Shown piece by piece: positions 48,169-57,931 of a stretch of 64,000 nt of DNA (position 1 is the stretch's first letter; each line of letters starts with the position of its first letter). This DNA comes from an uncultured Nitrospiraceae bacterium (GTDB lineage: Bacteria; Nitrospirota; Thermodesulfovibrionia; Thermodesulfovibrionales; Dissulfurispiraceae), in NCBI GenBank assembly GCA_963705105.1, contig CAVPIW010000006.1:192001-256000 (forward strand), given 5' to 3'. The notes below the pieces were generated by a model. That model was not told the DNA's origin, ran no database searches, and was given only the letters and a program-made list of their open reading frames with translations. The translations under genes were made by a program, and so were the position numbers.

Positions 48169-48220
48169 CAAATCACTCGTGCCGATTCGCTTCGCTCTCG
48201 GCACAGTTCAGACGTTATGC
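48163..48220 (+). other. Integron attC recombination site (58 bp)
   Basis: R'' GGTTAAC, 5-nt spacer, L'' ACT(C)GTGC pairs with L' GCACAGT leaving one extra base, R' GTTATGC. Confidence 0.85.
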
Positions 48221-48335
48221 TCCGCCAAACCTGACAGATCTGCGCGATAGGCCCCTGCAAGAGTTCTTCTGGAAAGTATGCGCCAAAGATGACCACGGTT
48301 ATGCGACTTGTGGCTGAAGTCCTTTTATTCTTACG

Positions 48336-49145
48336 TCAGTGCTTGTGAATGAAATAGTGCGAGTGGAGGTGGGCGTGGCAGTCATCGCCGTGCCTGTGCG
48401 CATGCTCATGGATCAGGTTGACGCGGAGGAGCAGCTCCTCGTCGTGGAGGATTTCCTGGGACGTCCCGATCTTCTCGACCCTGTGGTCCTCCGACAGGAC
48501 GGCCACGCGGGCATGGAGTTCGTCGACGAGGCCGAGGTCGTGCGATGCGATGACGATAGTCTTGCCCGCCTCGTTGAGGGCGAAGATAAGCTCCACGAGG
48601 AAGCACTGCGTTCTTGGGTCGAGGCCGTTCGTCGGCTCATCGAGGAGCAGGACATCGGGGTTCATTGTGAGGACGGAGCCGAGGGCGACCCTCTTCTTCT
48701 CCCCGCCCGAGAGCATGTACGACGGCCTGTCCTTCAGTTTTTCGATGCCGAGCATCTCCATGACCGAATGCGCCCTGTCGAGGGCCTCCTTCTCGCCCAG
48801 GCCGATCTGCACGGGACCGAAAAGGAGCTCATCAAGCACGGTCGGCGAGAAGAGCTGGACGTCCGAGTCCTGGAAGATATACCCCACGCACTGGCGGAAA
48901 AAGCGGGTGAATTCGCGGTCCTTCAGTGACTGCTCCGAGACTTCCCTCCCCCTGAACCGGACCGACCCGCTTGAAGGATAGATCAGGCCGCTCATGATCT
49001 GCAGGAGCGTCGACTTTCCGCTCCCGTTGGACCCGATGATGGCGCACCTTTCCCCTTCGCCGACGGAGAGGCTCACGTCGGAAAGCGCAGTGATGCGGTC
49101 AAAATAGCGGTATGTGACCCTGTCGATTTCGAAAACGCCGTCCAA
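48336..49145 (-). CDS. cbiO: ECF Ni/Co transporter ATPase
   Basis: GSNGSGKS, LSGGEKKR, LDEPT; His-rich tail. Confidence 0.9.
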   Translation of the reverse strand: MDGVFEIDRVTYRYFDRITALSDVSLSVGEGERCAIIGSNGSGKSTLLQIMSGLIYPSSGSVRFRGREVSEQSLKDREFTRFFRQCVGYIFQDSDVQLFSPTVLDELLFGPVQIGLGEKEALDRAHSVMEMLGIEKLKDRPSYMLSGGEKKRVALGSVLTMNPDVLLLDEPTNGLDPRTQCFLVELIFALNEAGKTIVIASHDLGLVDELHARVAVLSEDHRVEKIGTSQEILHDEELLLRVNLIHEHAHRHGDDCHAHLHSHYFIHKH

Positions 49146-49153
49146 GCCGTTCC

Positions 49154-50083
49154 TCAGAGGATGATCAGGATGATGCCCGAGGAGAGAAAGAGCAGCCCTG
49201 CGACCCAGTCGAGGCTGCTCAATTTCCTGAACGCATATACCTCAATGGTACCAGAAAAACCCCTGCCCTGCATAGCCTTGTAGACCTCCTCGAACCTCAT
49301 CTGGCTTTTCCGGAACAGGAAGGCCATTCTCCCCGCCAGCCAGCGCCTCATCTCGGCCCCGCTGACCGAGCCGGCCATCCTGCTCTTCTTTGCCAGGTGG
49401 ATGTCCTCGATCGTCCTGGCGAAGGTCAGCATGTACTTGTAGGTCAGGGTGATGATGAGCAGCACCGTATCGGGCACCCTGTATGTCTTCAGGGCCTTTA
49501 TGATGTCCGTGAAGGGGGTGGTGAAGAGGAGCAGAAAGGTCAGGGTCAGGGAATTGAGCACCCTGAGGGTAAGGAGGAGGAGGCCCGTGAGGCCTTCCAT
49601 CGTGAAGCCGACCGTCGCGGGTATGCGGTAGATGAGGAACTGCCGCTCACCGGAGAATCGCAGGAGAGGGACGATGACATCACCGCCGGAGAAGATGTTC
49701 AGAGCCGACGGCAGGGCGATGAGAAAGCCGAAGAAGAAGCCGATCACCAGCACCCGGCGGTAGAAAGCGAGAAGGCTTATACGGGAGAGGGCCACACAGG
49801 CGAAGAGCATGGCCGCGATACATAACTCGGGCAGGGTGCTCTCCTTGATGCTCACGATGACGATGAAGAAGATCAGGAAAAAGACCTTGACCCTCGGGTC
49901 GAGCCGCTGAAAGAGGCCGTTACGGGAGGCAAGGTCCCACTGGACATAGGATGACTTGATGATGCCGGATATATGCCCGATGGCCCTGTCGATGAAAGGA
50001 GCGGACAGGCCGCCCCTGGGAATTGACTGCTGCGGCAATGAGGACGGCCTGTCGAGGAGAAAGGGAGGGATTGTATTCTTCAC
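49154..50083 (-). CDS. cbiQ: ECF Ni/Co transporter T component
   Basis: LDPRVK, AKKSR, AMQGRGF. Confidence 0.88.
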   Translation of the reverse strand: MKNTIPPFLLDRPSSLPQQSIPRGGLSAPFIDRAIGHISGIIKSSYVQWDLASRNGLFQRLDPRVKVFFLIFFIVIVSIKESTLPELCIAAMLFACVALSRISLLAFYRRVLVIGFFFGFLIALPSALNIFSGGDVIVPLLRFSGERQFLIYRIPATVGFTMEGLTGLLLLTLRVLNSLTLTFLLLFTTPFTDIIKALKTYRVPDTVLLIITLTYKYMLTFARTIEDIHLAKKSRMAGSVSGAEMRRWLAGRMAFLFRKSQMRFEEVYKAMQGRGFSGTIEVYAFRKLSSLDWVAGLLFLSSGIILIIL

Positions 50084-50091
50084 TGTAGACT

Positions 50092-50479
50092 CCCTATCGC
50101 GAATAGCGCCTCCGGAAAGGCGGGGCGAAGCGCTCTGAAAAACAGTGACAGTGTGAGTGTCAGTGTCGGTGTCACTACCGCTGCCGGCCGGGAAGGCAAA
50201 TATGGTTCAAAGCCTTTCCAATGCGATGATGAGACTTTTCCATGTGTTCAGCCTCTGTTGCCTGACGGGCACTTGGTATCGATCGACACGGCAAAGTGTG
50301 GTCCGGGGATGAACAAGGTATCTTAGCGGAAAGGCTTTTCACCACATCAGCCTTCCCGTCGGTACGATTGTCGTCCCGTTTCCGTCTTTGCATGCTGTCT
50401 ATTGTCTACCGTATTCCGTCTACTGTTTTTACATGGCGCATACACCCCGCCTTCCGGAAGGGAATATGCAACGATGATA
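50092..50479 (+). mobile_element. Modular element copy G (hexamer block + M3 + unique ~200-bp interior)
   Basis: Left end TCCGGAAAGGCGGGGCGAAGCGCTCTGAAAA; right end GGCGCATACACCCCGCCTTCCGGAAGGGAATATGCAACGAT. Confidence 0.8.
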
Positions 50480-50503
50480 TTCATGCAGAGATGCTGCACC
50501 TTC

Positions 50504-51490
50504 TCAGAAAAAGAAGGAGAGGGTGACGATGGCGCGGTACTTTTCGAGTCCCTCGGCCCCCTGCTGCTCGTCTTTCTCGTTGAGGTCCTTCCAGACCGGG
50601 AATTTCATCATGACGCCCAGGTTGGCGTTGCCCAATTTGGGAAAGGAGAACCGCAGACCCGGCGAGGCGTAGAGAATAGTTCCCCCCGTGGCGCGCTGCG
50701 TGTCCCCTCCCTCTTCATCCCTCGCGACATTCAGGAGGTTCAGCTCGGCGACGCCGTCGATCTCGGCAAGGAAATTCTCGGGCTTCGAGAAAAAGACATA
50801 CACACCGGCGAGGTTCAGCCGCCATTCGTTGCCGAACTTGAAGTTGTCTTTTTTCGTGAAGATGTCATAGGATGTGTCGGCGACGAGGGTGAGGCCGTCT
50901 GCCACCATCTTCGCCGCCGAGAGCCCGAAAGTCATCGTCGGGCTGCCGAAGCCCGGCTGCATGCCCCGGTCCAGTTCCCCGCCCAGCTCTGTCTCGTGGT
51001 CTCCCGTGGGAATGGTGAAGCCGGCGCTGAAGCCGATGAAGGTCTTTCTCGTTCCCTCCATCGATGTCGTCGTGTCCTCGGCCGTGTTCAGGCCCAGCCC
51101 TTTGGACGGGTCGTAATTGAAGCCCAGGTTGAAAAGGAACTTGATATCTCCGATCCCTTCCGTCTGTCCGAGCGTGTCCTGGCGCTTGATGTTGTACGGG
51201 AAAAAGATGCTCCCCGTGAGATATGGGGTGATGCCGTGAGAGAGACTCAGGTTGAAGAACGAGAAGGCATCCTTGTTTTCCGGCTCGGCGAAATCGTATT
51301 TCTTCCACTCCACCTGCTCGAACCGTGCGCCGAGGACCCACGCGCCCTGGGGCAGGGTCAGCGGCGAATTCGACTCGATGGGGCTGCCGGGACCAAAGGC
51401 GAGGCTCACCCCGCCATGGTGGGCCTGCGCAGCACAGGGAACGATGATGATTACAATCATGCATGCGAAGACAAAGCGTTTCATTGACAT
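50504..51490 (-). CDS. Secreted/outer-membrane beta-barrel transporter-like protein in the Ni/Co uptake operon
   Basis: Signal peptide AQA-HHGG; GIGD, IPTG, QPGFGS motifs; C-terminal Phe. Confidence 0.7.
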   Translation of the reverse strand: MSMKRFVFACMIVIIIVPCAAQAHHGGVSLAFGPGSPIESNSPLTLPQGAWVLGARFEQVEWKKYDFAEPENKDAFSFFNLSLSHGITPYLTGSIFFPYNIKRQDTLGQTEGIGDIKFLFNLGFNYDPSKGLGLNTAEDTTTSMEGTRKTFIGFSAGFTIPTGDHETELGGELDRGMQPGFGSPTMTFGLSAAKMVADGLTLVADTSYDIFTKKDNFKFGNEWRLNLAGVYVFFSKPENFLAEIDGVAELNLLNVARDEEGGDTQRATGGTILYASPGLRFSFPKLGNANLGVMMKFPVWKDLNEKDEQQGAEGLEKYRAIVTLSFFF

Positions 51491-51494
51491 GGAT

Positions 51495-51995
51495 CTATCC
51501 TCCTTTTGTGTTGTTTTCCGTCGTTGCCGGTCCGCCTTCATGGCGTTCCCTGCGCCTCGACTTCAGGAGGGCATAGATTCCGAAAATACCGATGATCAGG
51601 CTCACCCCGGTGATCAGTTTCGTCGATTGGGCGACGAGGGGCTTGCTGAACGATTCGAGGTTGAGACCCTTGTCGACGTTCACATCGATGGTGACGCCGT
51701 GGAAGCCGTGCGTCGATTCGCCGAGCACTTTGACCTTCCAGGCGCCGGCACGGTCAGGGAAGAAGGAGACATAGCCGTTCTTGTCGGTCCTCCCCGTCTG
51801 GTGCGGCACGGTGTCACCGGGTCCGTAGAGTTCATACTCGGAGTAACTCGCAGCGTCCCGGGCGCTGTAATAGATCCTCACCGAGAATCCCTGCTGCTGC
51901 ACGTCGTAGTGGATGCCGTGTCCCGCTGCAGGCTGAGGAAAGAGAATTGCCCAACCGATCAGGACGAAAATCAGCGCGACAACTGTTGCCTTCAT
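51495..51995 (-). CDS. Ni/Co uptake accessory protein (signal peptide, Ig-like domain, C-terminal TM); frame stays open to ATG 52211
   Basis: AAG-HGIH; GRTDKNG...FFPDRAGAW...HGFHG. Confidence 0.72.
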   Translation of the reverse strand: MKATVVALIFVLIGWAILFPQPAAGHGIHYDVQQQGFSVRIYYSARDAASYSEYELYGPGDTVPHQTGRTDKNGYVSFFPDRAGAWKVKVLGESTHGFHGVTIDVNVDKGLNLESFSKPLVAQSTKLITGVSLIIGIFGIYALLKSRRRERHEGGPATTENNTKGG

Positions 51996-52000
51996 CGTAC

Positions 52001-52199
52001 TGCTGCAATACACTGTCGGAAAGGCGGGGTGTCTGCGCCGAAAACCTTGGTGCGGCGACTCCTTCACTGTCACGGAAGACGACGATTTAAGCCGATGGTC
52101 GACGAAACAGAGTGTGGATTTCTGAAACACGAAGCTGACAATGCGTATCGTCGCCTTCAGCAAGGAATTGAGGCGCTTCGCCCCGGCTTTCCATGCAGG
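52001..52199 (-). mobile_element. Modular element copy H, module M2, flanked by CGTAC direct repeats
   Basis: Interior homologous to copy E; CGTAC at 51996-52000 and 52200-52204. Confidence 0.85.
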
Positions 52200-52207
52200 C
52201 GTACCGT

Positions 52208-53617
52208 TCATTTCGGCACCTCGAAACTGAGACTGGAGGTGATGCTGCGGTAGTCGGCATCGGGGTCGCCTTTCAGGGGGTCTTTGTGAGAGATCGTGAA
52301 GAGTTGGTCTCCTTTCGTCAGTGGCACCTGGGCAACGCCGTCCTGGTCGGTCTCCGCAACCTTCTCATGGTCACCTCCTATGACCTCCGCTTTCACGAGG
52401 GGTTTGCCCATGAGGAGGACCCGGACCGGCAGTTTATCTCCTGCCTTCATCTGGAAGGGGTTCTTCAGCGGTATCATATCGATCATGAAGCCTTCGACGG
52501 GCTTCTGGGCCGCGTCGCTCCATGAAAGGATGGTCTTCGAGTAATTGAAGGACCTGTTCGCCTCGACGACCCGGCTCGCCTGGCGCTTCGGCAGGTTCTT
52601 CCAGCCGTAGATCGTTTTTGACCAGTAGCCGTTGTCGATTTCCACAGCCATGATGGAAGGCTGCTCCGCCGGCTTAAGAACGACGGCTTTCTCCTTCTTT
52701 TCCCGTGAGACGGCGACGGCCTTCCCCTGGGAGTCAAAGGCCCGGATTGTTTTGATTTTCGACGGATCAACGTCCTCCCTGTGCTTGCCGTGGCCGAAGA
52801 CGACGCTGTACTCCCTGCCGTGCCGCTCGATCCAGTAATCATGGGCGAAGGCTGTCGACGACAAGGAGAAGAAAAAGGTGAAGAAGAGGATGACGGCGGG
52901 CTTCCATCCCCTGGCGCCATCGGGCTGGAACCTGGAAAGCGCGAGAAGCACGAGCACCGTCACCGTCGCTTCCAGAAATCCGACGGCCGTGAGATGGGGG
53001 AGCATCACCGCGGGGATTGCCACATCGAGGGAGTAGGGGAAGTAGAGGGATGCACCGGCGCTCTTGTGGAGCAACGGCTGTATGCCGAGTTCGAGGGCGG
53101 TGAAAAGGGCGCCCAGATTGACGGAGACGTATGCAGCCAGACCGGAGCCGACGAGGCGAAGGGTGAAGGGGGGCTCCGATGAAGCAGGTTTGCCGGTTTC
53201 CCGGACACTGCCGCCGAGAGAACCCAGGGATGTGACGAGCCTGCTGATGAAGAAAGCGCTCATTGAACCGATAAAGGCGATATTAAAACAATTCGCCCCG
53301 ATGGCGGTAATTCCTCCGTCGCCGAAGACGAGGGCCTGGATGATGAGCGCCACCGATACGGCCAGAATGGCGGCCCAGGGACCGAGGAGAACGCTGATCA
53401 GCGCCGTACCGCTCATGTGGCCGCTCGTTCCGCCGGGCAGGGGAACGGTGAAGATCATCACCATGAGGCTGAAGGCCGAGGCCGTCGCGAGAAACGGCAC
53501 CTGCGACGCCTTCATCGTATCCTTCATTTTGCGAGACGCGAACATCCATATGGGAACCATGGCGGCCCAAAGGCCTCCGTATGTGACCGGTCCGAGATAA
53601 CCGTCGGGTATGTGCAT
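52208..53617 (-). CDS. cbiM: CbiM/NikM S component fused to a DUF4198-like periplasmic domain
   Basis: MHIPDGYL N-terminus, GGTSGH, FGDGGITAIGAN; then STAFA-HDYWI...VVFGHG...DNGYWSKT...TDQDG. Confidence 0.88.
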   Translation of the reverse strand: MHIPDGYLGPVTYGGLWAAMVPIWMFASRKMKDTMKASQVPFLATASAFSLMVMIFTVPLPGGTSGHMSGTALISVLLGPWAAILAVSVALIIQALVFGDGGITAIGANCFNIAFIGSMSAFFISRLVTSLGSLGGSVRETGKPASSEPPFTLRLVGSGLAAYVSVNLGALFTALELGIQPLLHKSAGASLYFPYSLDVAIPAVMLPHLTAVGFLEATVTVLVLLALSRFQPDGARGWKPAVILFFTFFFSLSSTAFAHDYWIERHGREYSVVFGHGKHREDVDPSKIKTIRAFDSQGKAVAVSREKKEKAVVLKPAEQPSIMAVEIDNGYWSKTIYGWKNLPKRQASRVVEANRSFNYSKTILSWSDAAQKPVEGFMIDMIPLKNPFQMKAGDKLPVRVLLMGKPLVKAEVIGGDHEKVAETDQDGVAQVPLTKGDQLFTISHKDPLKGDPDADYRSITSSLSFEVPK

Positions 53618-53693
53618 GTCTACACCCCCTTTTCTACGTCAGTGAGCGGAATACGTCGGCCCTTCGGGGAAGTGCCCCTGCGCAGCATGGGTC

Positions 53694-53760
53694 AAAAAAA
53701 ACAAAAAGAGCCACGAGCGCGTTTAAACCTTCTGGTTTAAAAAGCCTTCGTGGCTCTTTT
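53694..53760 (-). promoter_or_regulatory. Terminator/attenuator-like leader hairpin upstream of cbiM
   Basis: 13-bp stem AAAAGAGCCACGA/TCGTGGCTCTTTT followed by a long U tract. Confidence 0.7.
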
Positions 53761-53766
53761 ACAAAC

Positions 53767-53796
53767 ATGATACAGGGCAGCCTGATGGTTTGTCAA
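53767..53796 (-). promoter_or_regulatory. Sigma-70 promoter of the Ni/Co operon
   Basis: TTGACA-18 bp-TATCAT. Confidence 0.6.
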
Positions 53797-53894
53797 CGCG
53801 CAAGGCGCAAGGCCGCCAAGAGCTCAAAGAAAGAGTGGCAGTGTCTGTGACAGCGATAAGAGTAATTCAGGAGCGAAACCTGATAGACTACATC

Positions 53895-54185
53895 ATGGGC
53901 CGGGAAGAGCAGGATCAGCAGGAGATGGACGAGATCCTCGGGATCACGCGCTGTGCCCGCTGCGGCCACCGCCTGAACGGCGAGATTGAGTGCCCCTTCT
54001 GCTCCCTTTTCCCCGATCCGCCGAGGAAAAAAGAGATCCCCAAGTGGGTCTATATAACGGCCTGCTTTCTCACATCCCCTGTCAGCCTGTATCCGATCGT
54101 CACGACCGACCGCCTGTCGGTATTCGAAAAGGTCTTCGCCTTTTCGGGATGCCTGATCTGGTTCGCCCTCTACTTTTTGTCTTGA
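53895..54185 (+). CDS. Small membrane protein with CxxC-CxxC zinc ribbon
   Basis: CARCG...CPFC followed by hydrophobic segments. Confidence 0.65.
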   Translation: MGREEQDQQEMDEILGITRCARCGHRLNGEIECPFCSLFPDPPRKKEIPKWVYITACFLTSPVSLYPIVTTDRLSVFEKVFAFSGCLIWFALYFLS

Positions 54186-54216
54186 CCACCCCCGGGACTG
54201 TCAGATAGAGTACTCC

Positions 54217-55065
<849 letters not shown>

Positions 55066-55071
55066 ACCGCC

Positions 55072-55494
55072 TCACTTCGGGATCCAAACCTTTCCTTTGT
55101 CGATGATGTGCTCGACGGTCCAGCCCCGCCTGTGGAGCTCCCGGGCGATCCAGCGCCGGTGACATTTCCAGGGGAACTTCTCGGCGCAGATGATGACGGA
55201 GACCGATGCCGCGGCGATGGATTCAAGGAGGTCGATGCCCTTCATGAACTCCGCCGTCTCTGCGTATGCCTCGTAGCCTCCCTTGCGGAATCCCCCCAGT
55301 TCCCGCCCGAGATAGGCATAGGCGAGCCCCTCTCTCTCGAGAATTGACTTGAGGTTATGCTGAGTAAATATCTGTATTTTGCTCTTCGGAAAGCTGCGGA
55401 CATCGACGATGGTGCCGGTGGAATAGAAGAGGAGGATCTCGATGAAATCCTCCTCGCTCCTGAGGTCCGTGCCGAGGGTGAAGACCGTCTTCAG
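55072..55494 (-). CDS. DUF488-family protein with probable CTG start, not in the ORF track
   Basis: (M)KTVFTLGT...IVDVRSFPKS...ELGGFRKGGY...CAEKFPWKCHRRWIA...VEHII; CTG overlaps the glgC stop (CTGA). Confidence 0.85.
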   Translation of the reverse strand: MKTVFTLGTDLRSEEDFIEILLFYSTGTIVDVRSFPKSKIQIFTQHNLKSILEREGLAYAYLGRELGGFRKGGYEAYAETAEFMKGIDLLESIAAASVSVIICAEKFPWKCHRRWIARELHRRGWTVEHIIDKGKVWIPK

Positions 55495-56714
55495 ATCGAA
55501 CTCTTTATGAACTTCGGGACGACGACGATGCCGCCGGGGCTGACGTGAAACCTTTTCTTGTCCTCTTCGAGGTCAAAGCCGATCTTTTCGCCCGGCGGGA
55601 TGTAGACGTCCTTGTCGATGATGGCACGCCTGATTTCGGCATGCCTGCCCACCTCGACGTTTTCCATGAGGATCGATCCATGCACTTTCGCCCAGCTGTT
55701 GATCCTGACATTCGGCGACAGGATGGAGTTCTGGACCCGGCCGCCGCTGACGATGCATCCGTCGCAGACGATCGAGTCGAGGGCGATGCCGAGCCGGCCG
55801 CCCTTCTTTTCCTGTGCGAAGACGAACTTTGCCGGGGGGTTCTGGGTCTGATAGGTCCGGATGGGCCAGTCCTTGTCATAGAGGTTCAGGTGAGGCTCGA
55901 CGGCGACGAGGTCCATGTTGGCCTCCCAGTATGAGTCCAGCGTCCCCACGTCCCGCCAGTACTTCGCCTCCTTCTTGTTCTCGTCCCTGAAATTGTATGC
56001 ATAGAGTTTCCCCTTGTCGATCATTGCAGGGATGATGTCTTTTCCGAAATCATGGGCCGACTTCTTCTCCGCGTCCGCCTTTAGCTCGCCGATGAGCTCC
56101 TCCGTGTTGAAGAGGTAGATGCCCATAGAGGCGAGGCACTGATTCGGTTTGCCCGGTATGGTCTTGGGGTGTTTGGGCTTTTCCTCGAAGCCGACGATCC
56201 GCCAGTCCTCGTCGACCTGCATGACGCCGAAGGACGACGCCGTCTTCTTGTCCACCTCGATGGCCCCGATCGTCCCGAAGGCGTTTTTGTTACGATGAAA
56301 GGCGTACATGTCGGAGTAGTCCATCTTGTAGATGTGGTCGCCCGACAGGATCAGGACAAAGGGCAGCTCGAACCGCTCGATGAAATAGATATTCTGGTAG
56401 ACCGCGTCGGCCGTGCCGGAATACCACCGCTCATCGATGCGCTGCTGAGGGGGGATGGTGAAGATGAACTCGTCCATGTCGGAGGCGATCAGGTTGCTCC
56501 ATCCCTTGGAGATGTGGCGGTCCAGCGAGAGGGATTTGTACTGGGTGAAAATGCCGATCTTCCTGATGCCCGCATTGATGCAGTTGCTGAGAGTGAAATC
56601 GATGATACGGTATTTTCCACCGAAGGGGACGGCGGGTTTCGCCCGGTGTATGGTCAGGGGGCTCAGACGCTCGCCTTTTCCGCCAGCCAGGACAATGGCC
56701 AAGAGTTCTTTCAT
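55491..56714 (-). CDS. glgC: Glucose-1-phosphate adenylyltransferase
   Basis: LAGGKGERL...[30 protein letters not shown]. Confidence 0.97.
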   Translation of the reverse strand: MKELLAIVLAGGKGERLSPLTIHRAKPAVPFGGKYRIIDFTLSNCINAGIRKIGIFTQYKSLSLDRHISKGWSNLIASDMDEFIFTIPPQQRIDERWYSGTADAVYQNIYFIERFELPFVLILSGDHIYKMDYSDMYAFHRNKNAFGTIGAIEVDKKTASSFGVMQVDEDWRIVGFEEKPKHPKTIPGKPNQCLASMGIYLFNTEELIGELKADAEKKSAHDFGKDIIPAMIDKGKLYAYNFRDENKKEAKYWRDVGTLDSYWEANMDLVAVEPHLNLYDKDWPIRTYQTQNPPAKFVFAQEKKGGRLGIALDSIVCDGCIVSGGRVQNSILSPNVRINSWAKVHGSILMENVEVGRHAEIRRAIIDKDVYIPPGEKIGFDLEEDKKRFHVSPGGIVVVPKFIKSSI

Positions 56715-56748
56715 GCTCGTCTCCTTGACTGTCTGATGTGATCAAAAA

Positions 56749-56777
56749 ACTATATCAGGAAACAATGGGCCTGTCAA
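56749..56777 (-). promoter_or_regulatory. Sigma-70 promoter of glgC
   Basis: TTGACA-17 bp-TATAGT. Confidence 0.65.
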
Positions 56778-56910
56778 TCGCATGAACTGATCGTGTGAGT
56801 GTGAGTGTCAGTGTCAGTGAAAGGAGTATTCGGAGGGAAAAGCCAACTGGAAAACAACAGGAACTCTCTGTTACAATGAGGATCAATTTTTTTTCCAGAG
56901 GGATGCGTTC

Positions 56911-57645
56911 ATGAATGGACAGTTTGGCCTTGTAACAGGCGCGGCGCGGGGCATCGGCAGGGAGATCGCGGACTCATTGGCCCGGCGCGGCGTCTCCATC
57001 GCCGTTGTGGACGTCGACGCCGACAGCGCGGAAAAGGCTGCTGCGGAGATCAGGGAAAAGGGCGTCAAAAGCATCGCCCTGAAGTCGGACATATCGAGCG
57101 CGTCGGAGGTCAAGGCGATCTTCGAGGCCGTCATGAAGGACTTCGGCAGGATCGACATCGTTGTTAACAACGCGGGCATCACACGGGACGGCCTCATTCT
57201 CCGCATGAAAGAGGAGGACTGGGACGCCGTCATCAATGTGAATCTCCGGGGCACATTTCTCTGCTGCAGGGAGGCCATCAAGATCATGTCGAAGCAGAGG
57301 CACGGCCGCATCGTCAACGTGTCGTCCGTTGTAGCCTTCATGGGCAATGCGGGGCAGGCGAACTACAGCGCCTCGAAGGCCGGCATGATCGGCCTGACGA
57401 AGACGCTCGCAAAGGAGTATGCATCCCGCGGCATCACGGTGAATGCCGTGGCCCCGGGGTTCATCACGACGGCCATGACCGACGCCCTTCCCGACCAGGT
57501 GAAGCAGGACATGCTGAAAGCCATACCGATGAACAGGTTCGGCACGGTGGAGGATGTGGCCAATGCCGTCGTTTTTCTCGCTTCGGCCGAAGCGGCGTAC
57601 ATAACGGGACAGGTGATCCATATCAACGGCGGTTTGTACATGTAG
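56911..57645 (+). CDS. fabG: 3-oxoacyl-ACP reductase
   Basis: TGAARGIG, NNAGITRD, YSASK. Confidence 0.96.
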   Translation: MNGQFGLVTGAARGIGREIADSLARRGVSIAVVDVDADSAEKAAAEIREKGVKSIALKSDISSASEVKAIFEAVMKDFGRIDIVVNNAGITRDGLILRMKEEDWDAVINVNLRGTFLCCREAIKIMSKQRHGRIVNVSSVVAFMGNAGQANYSASKAGMIGLTKTLAKEYASRGITVNAVAPGFITTAMTDALPDQVKQDMLKAIPMNRFGTVEDVANAVVFLASAEAAYITGQVIHINGGLYM

Positions 57646-57700
57646 CCCCGTCCATACTGCGTGTAACGAAATTCAGATCATAGAATGAGGAGGGAATCGA

Positions 57701-57931
57701 ATGATTGATGAAAAGGTGAAAGAAATTGTGGCAAAGCAGCTCGGCGTCGATCAGTCCGAGGTGACACCGGAGGCGTCCTTCGTTGACGACCTCGGTGCGG
57801 ACTCGCTGGACACGGTGGAGCTCGTGATGGCTTTTGAAGAGGCCTTCAATATCGAGATCCCCGATGAGGACGCCGAAAAGATAGCAAAAGTCAAGGACGC
57901 GATCGAATATATCAAGAACAAAGTAGGATGA
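57701..57931 (+). CDS. acpP: Acyl carrier protein
   Basis: [14 protein letters not shown]. Confidence 0.97.
   Translation: MIDEKVKEIVAKQLGVDQSEVTPEASFVDDLGADSLDTVELVMAFEEAFNIEIPDEDAEKIAKVKDAIEYIKNKVG

Larger units (their letters stand above)
47680..48214 (+). mobile_element. Integron-type gene cassette carrying a toxin-antitoxin pair
   Basis: Begins at core GTTAAAC (47679-47685), ends in an attC whose R'' overlaps the toxin stop; AT-richer than flanks. Confidence 0.75.

Noticed and set aside
53620..53800. Cobalamin riboswitch upstream of cbiM
   Set aside because: Leader is too short and lacks recognisable B12-box motifs
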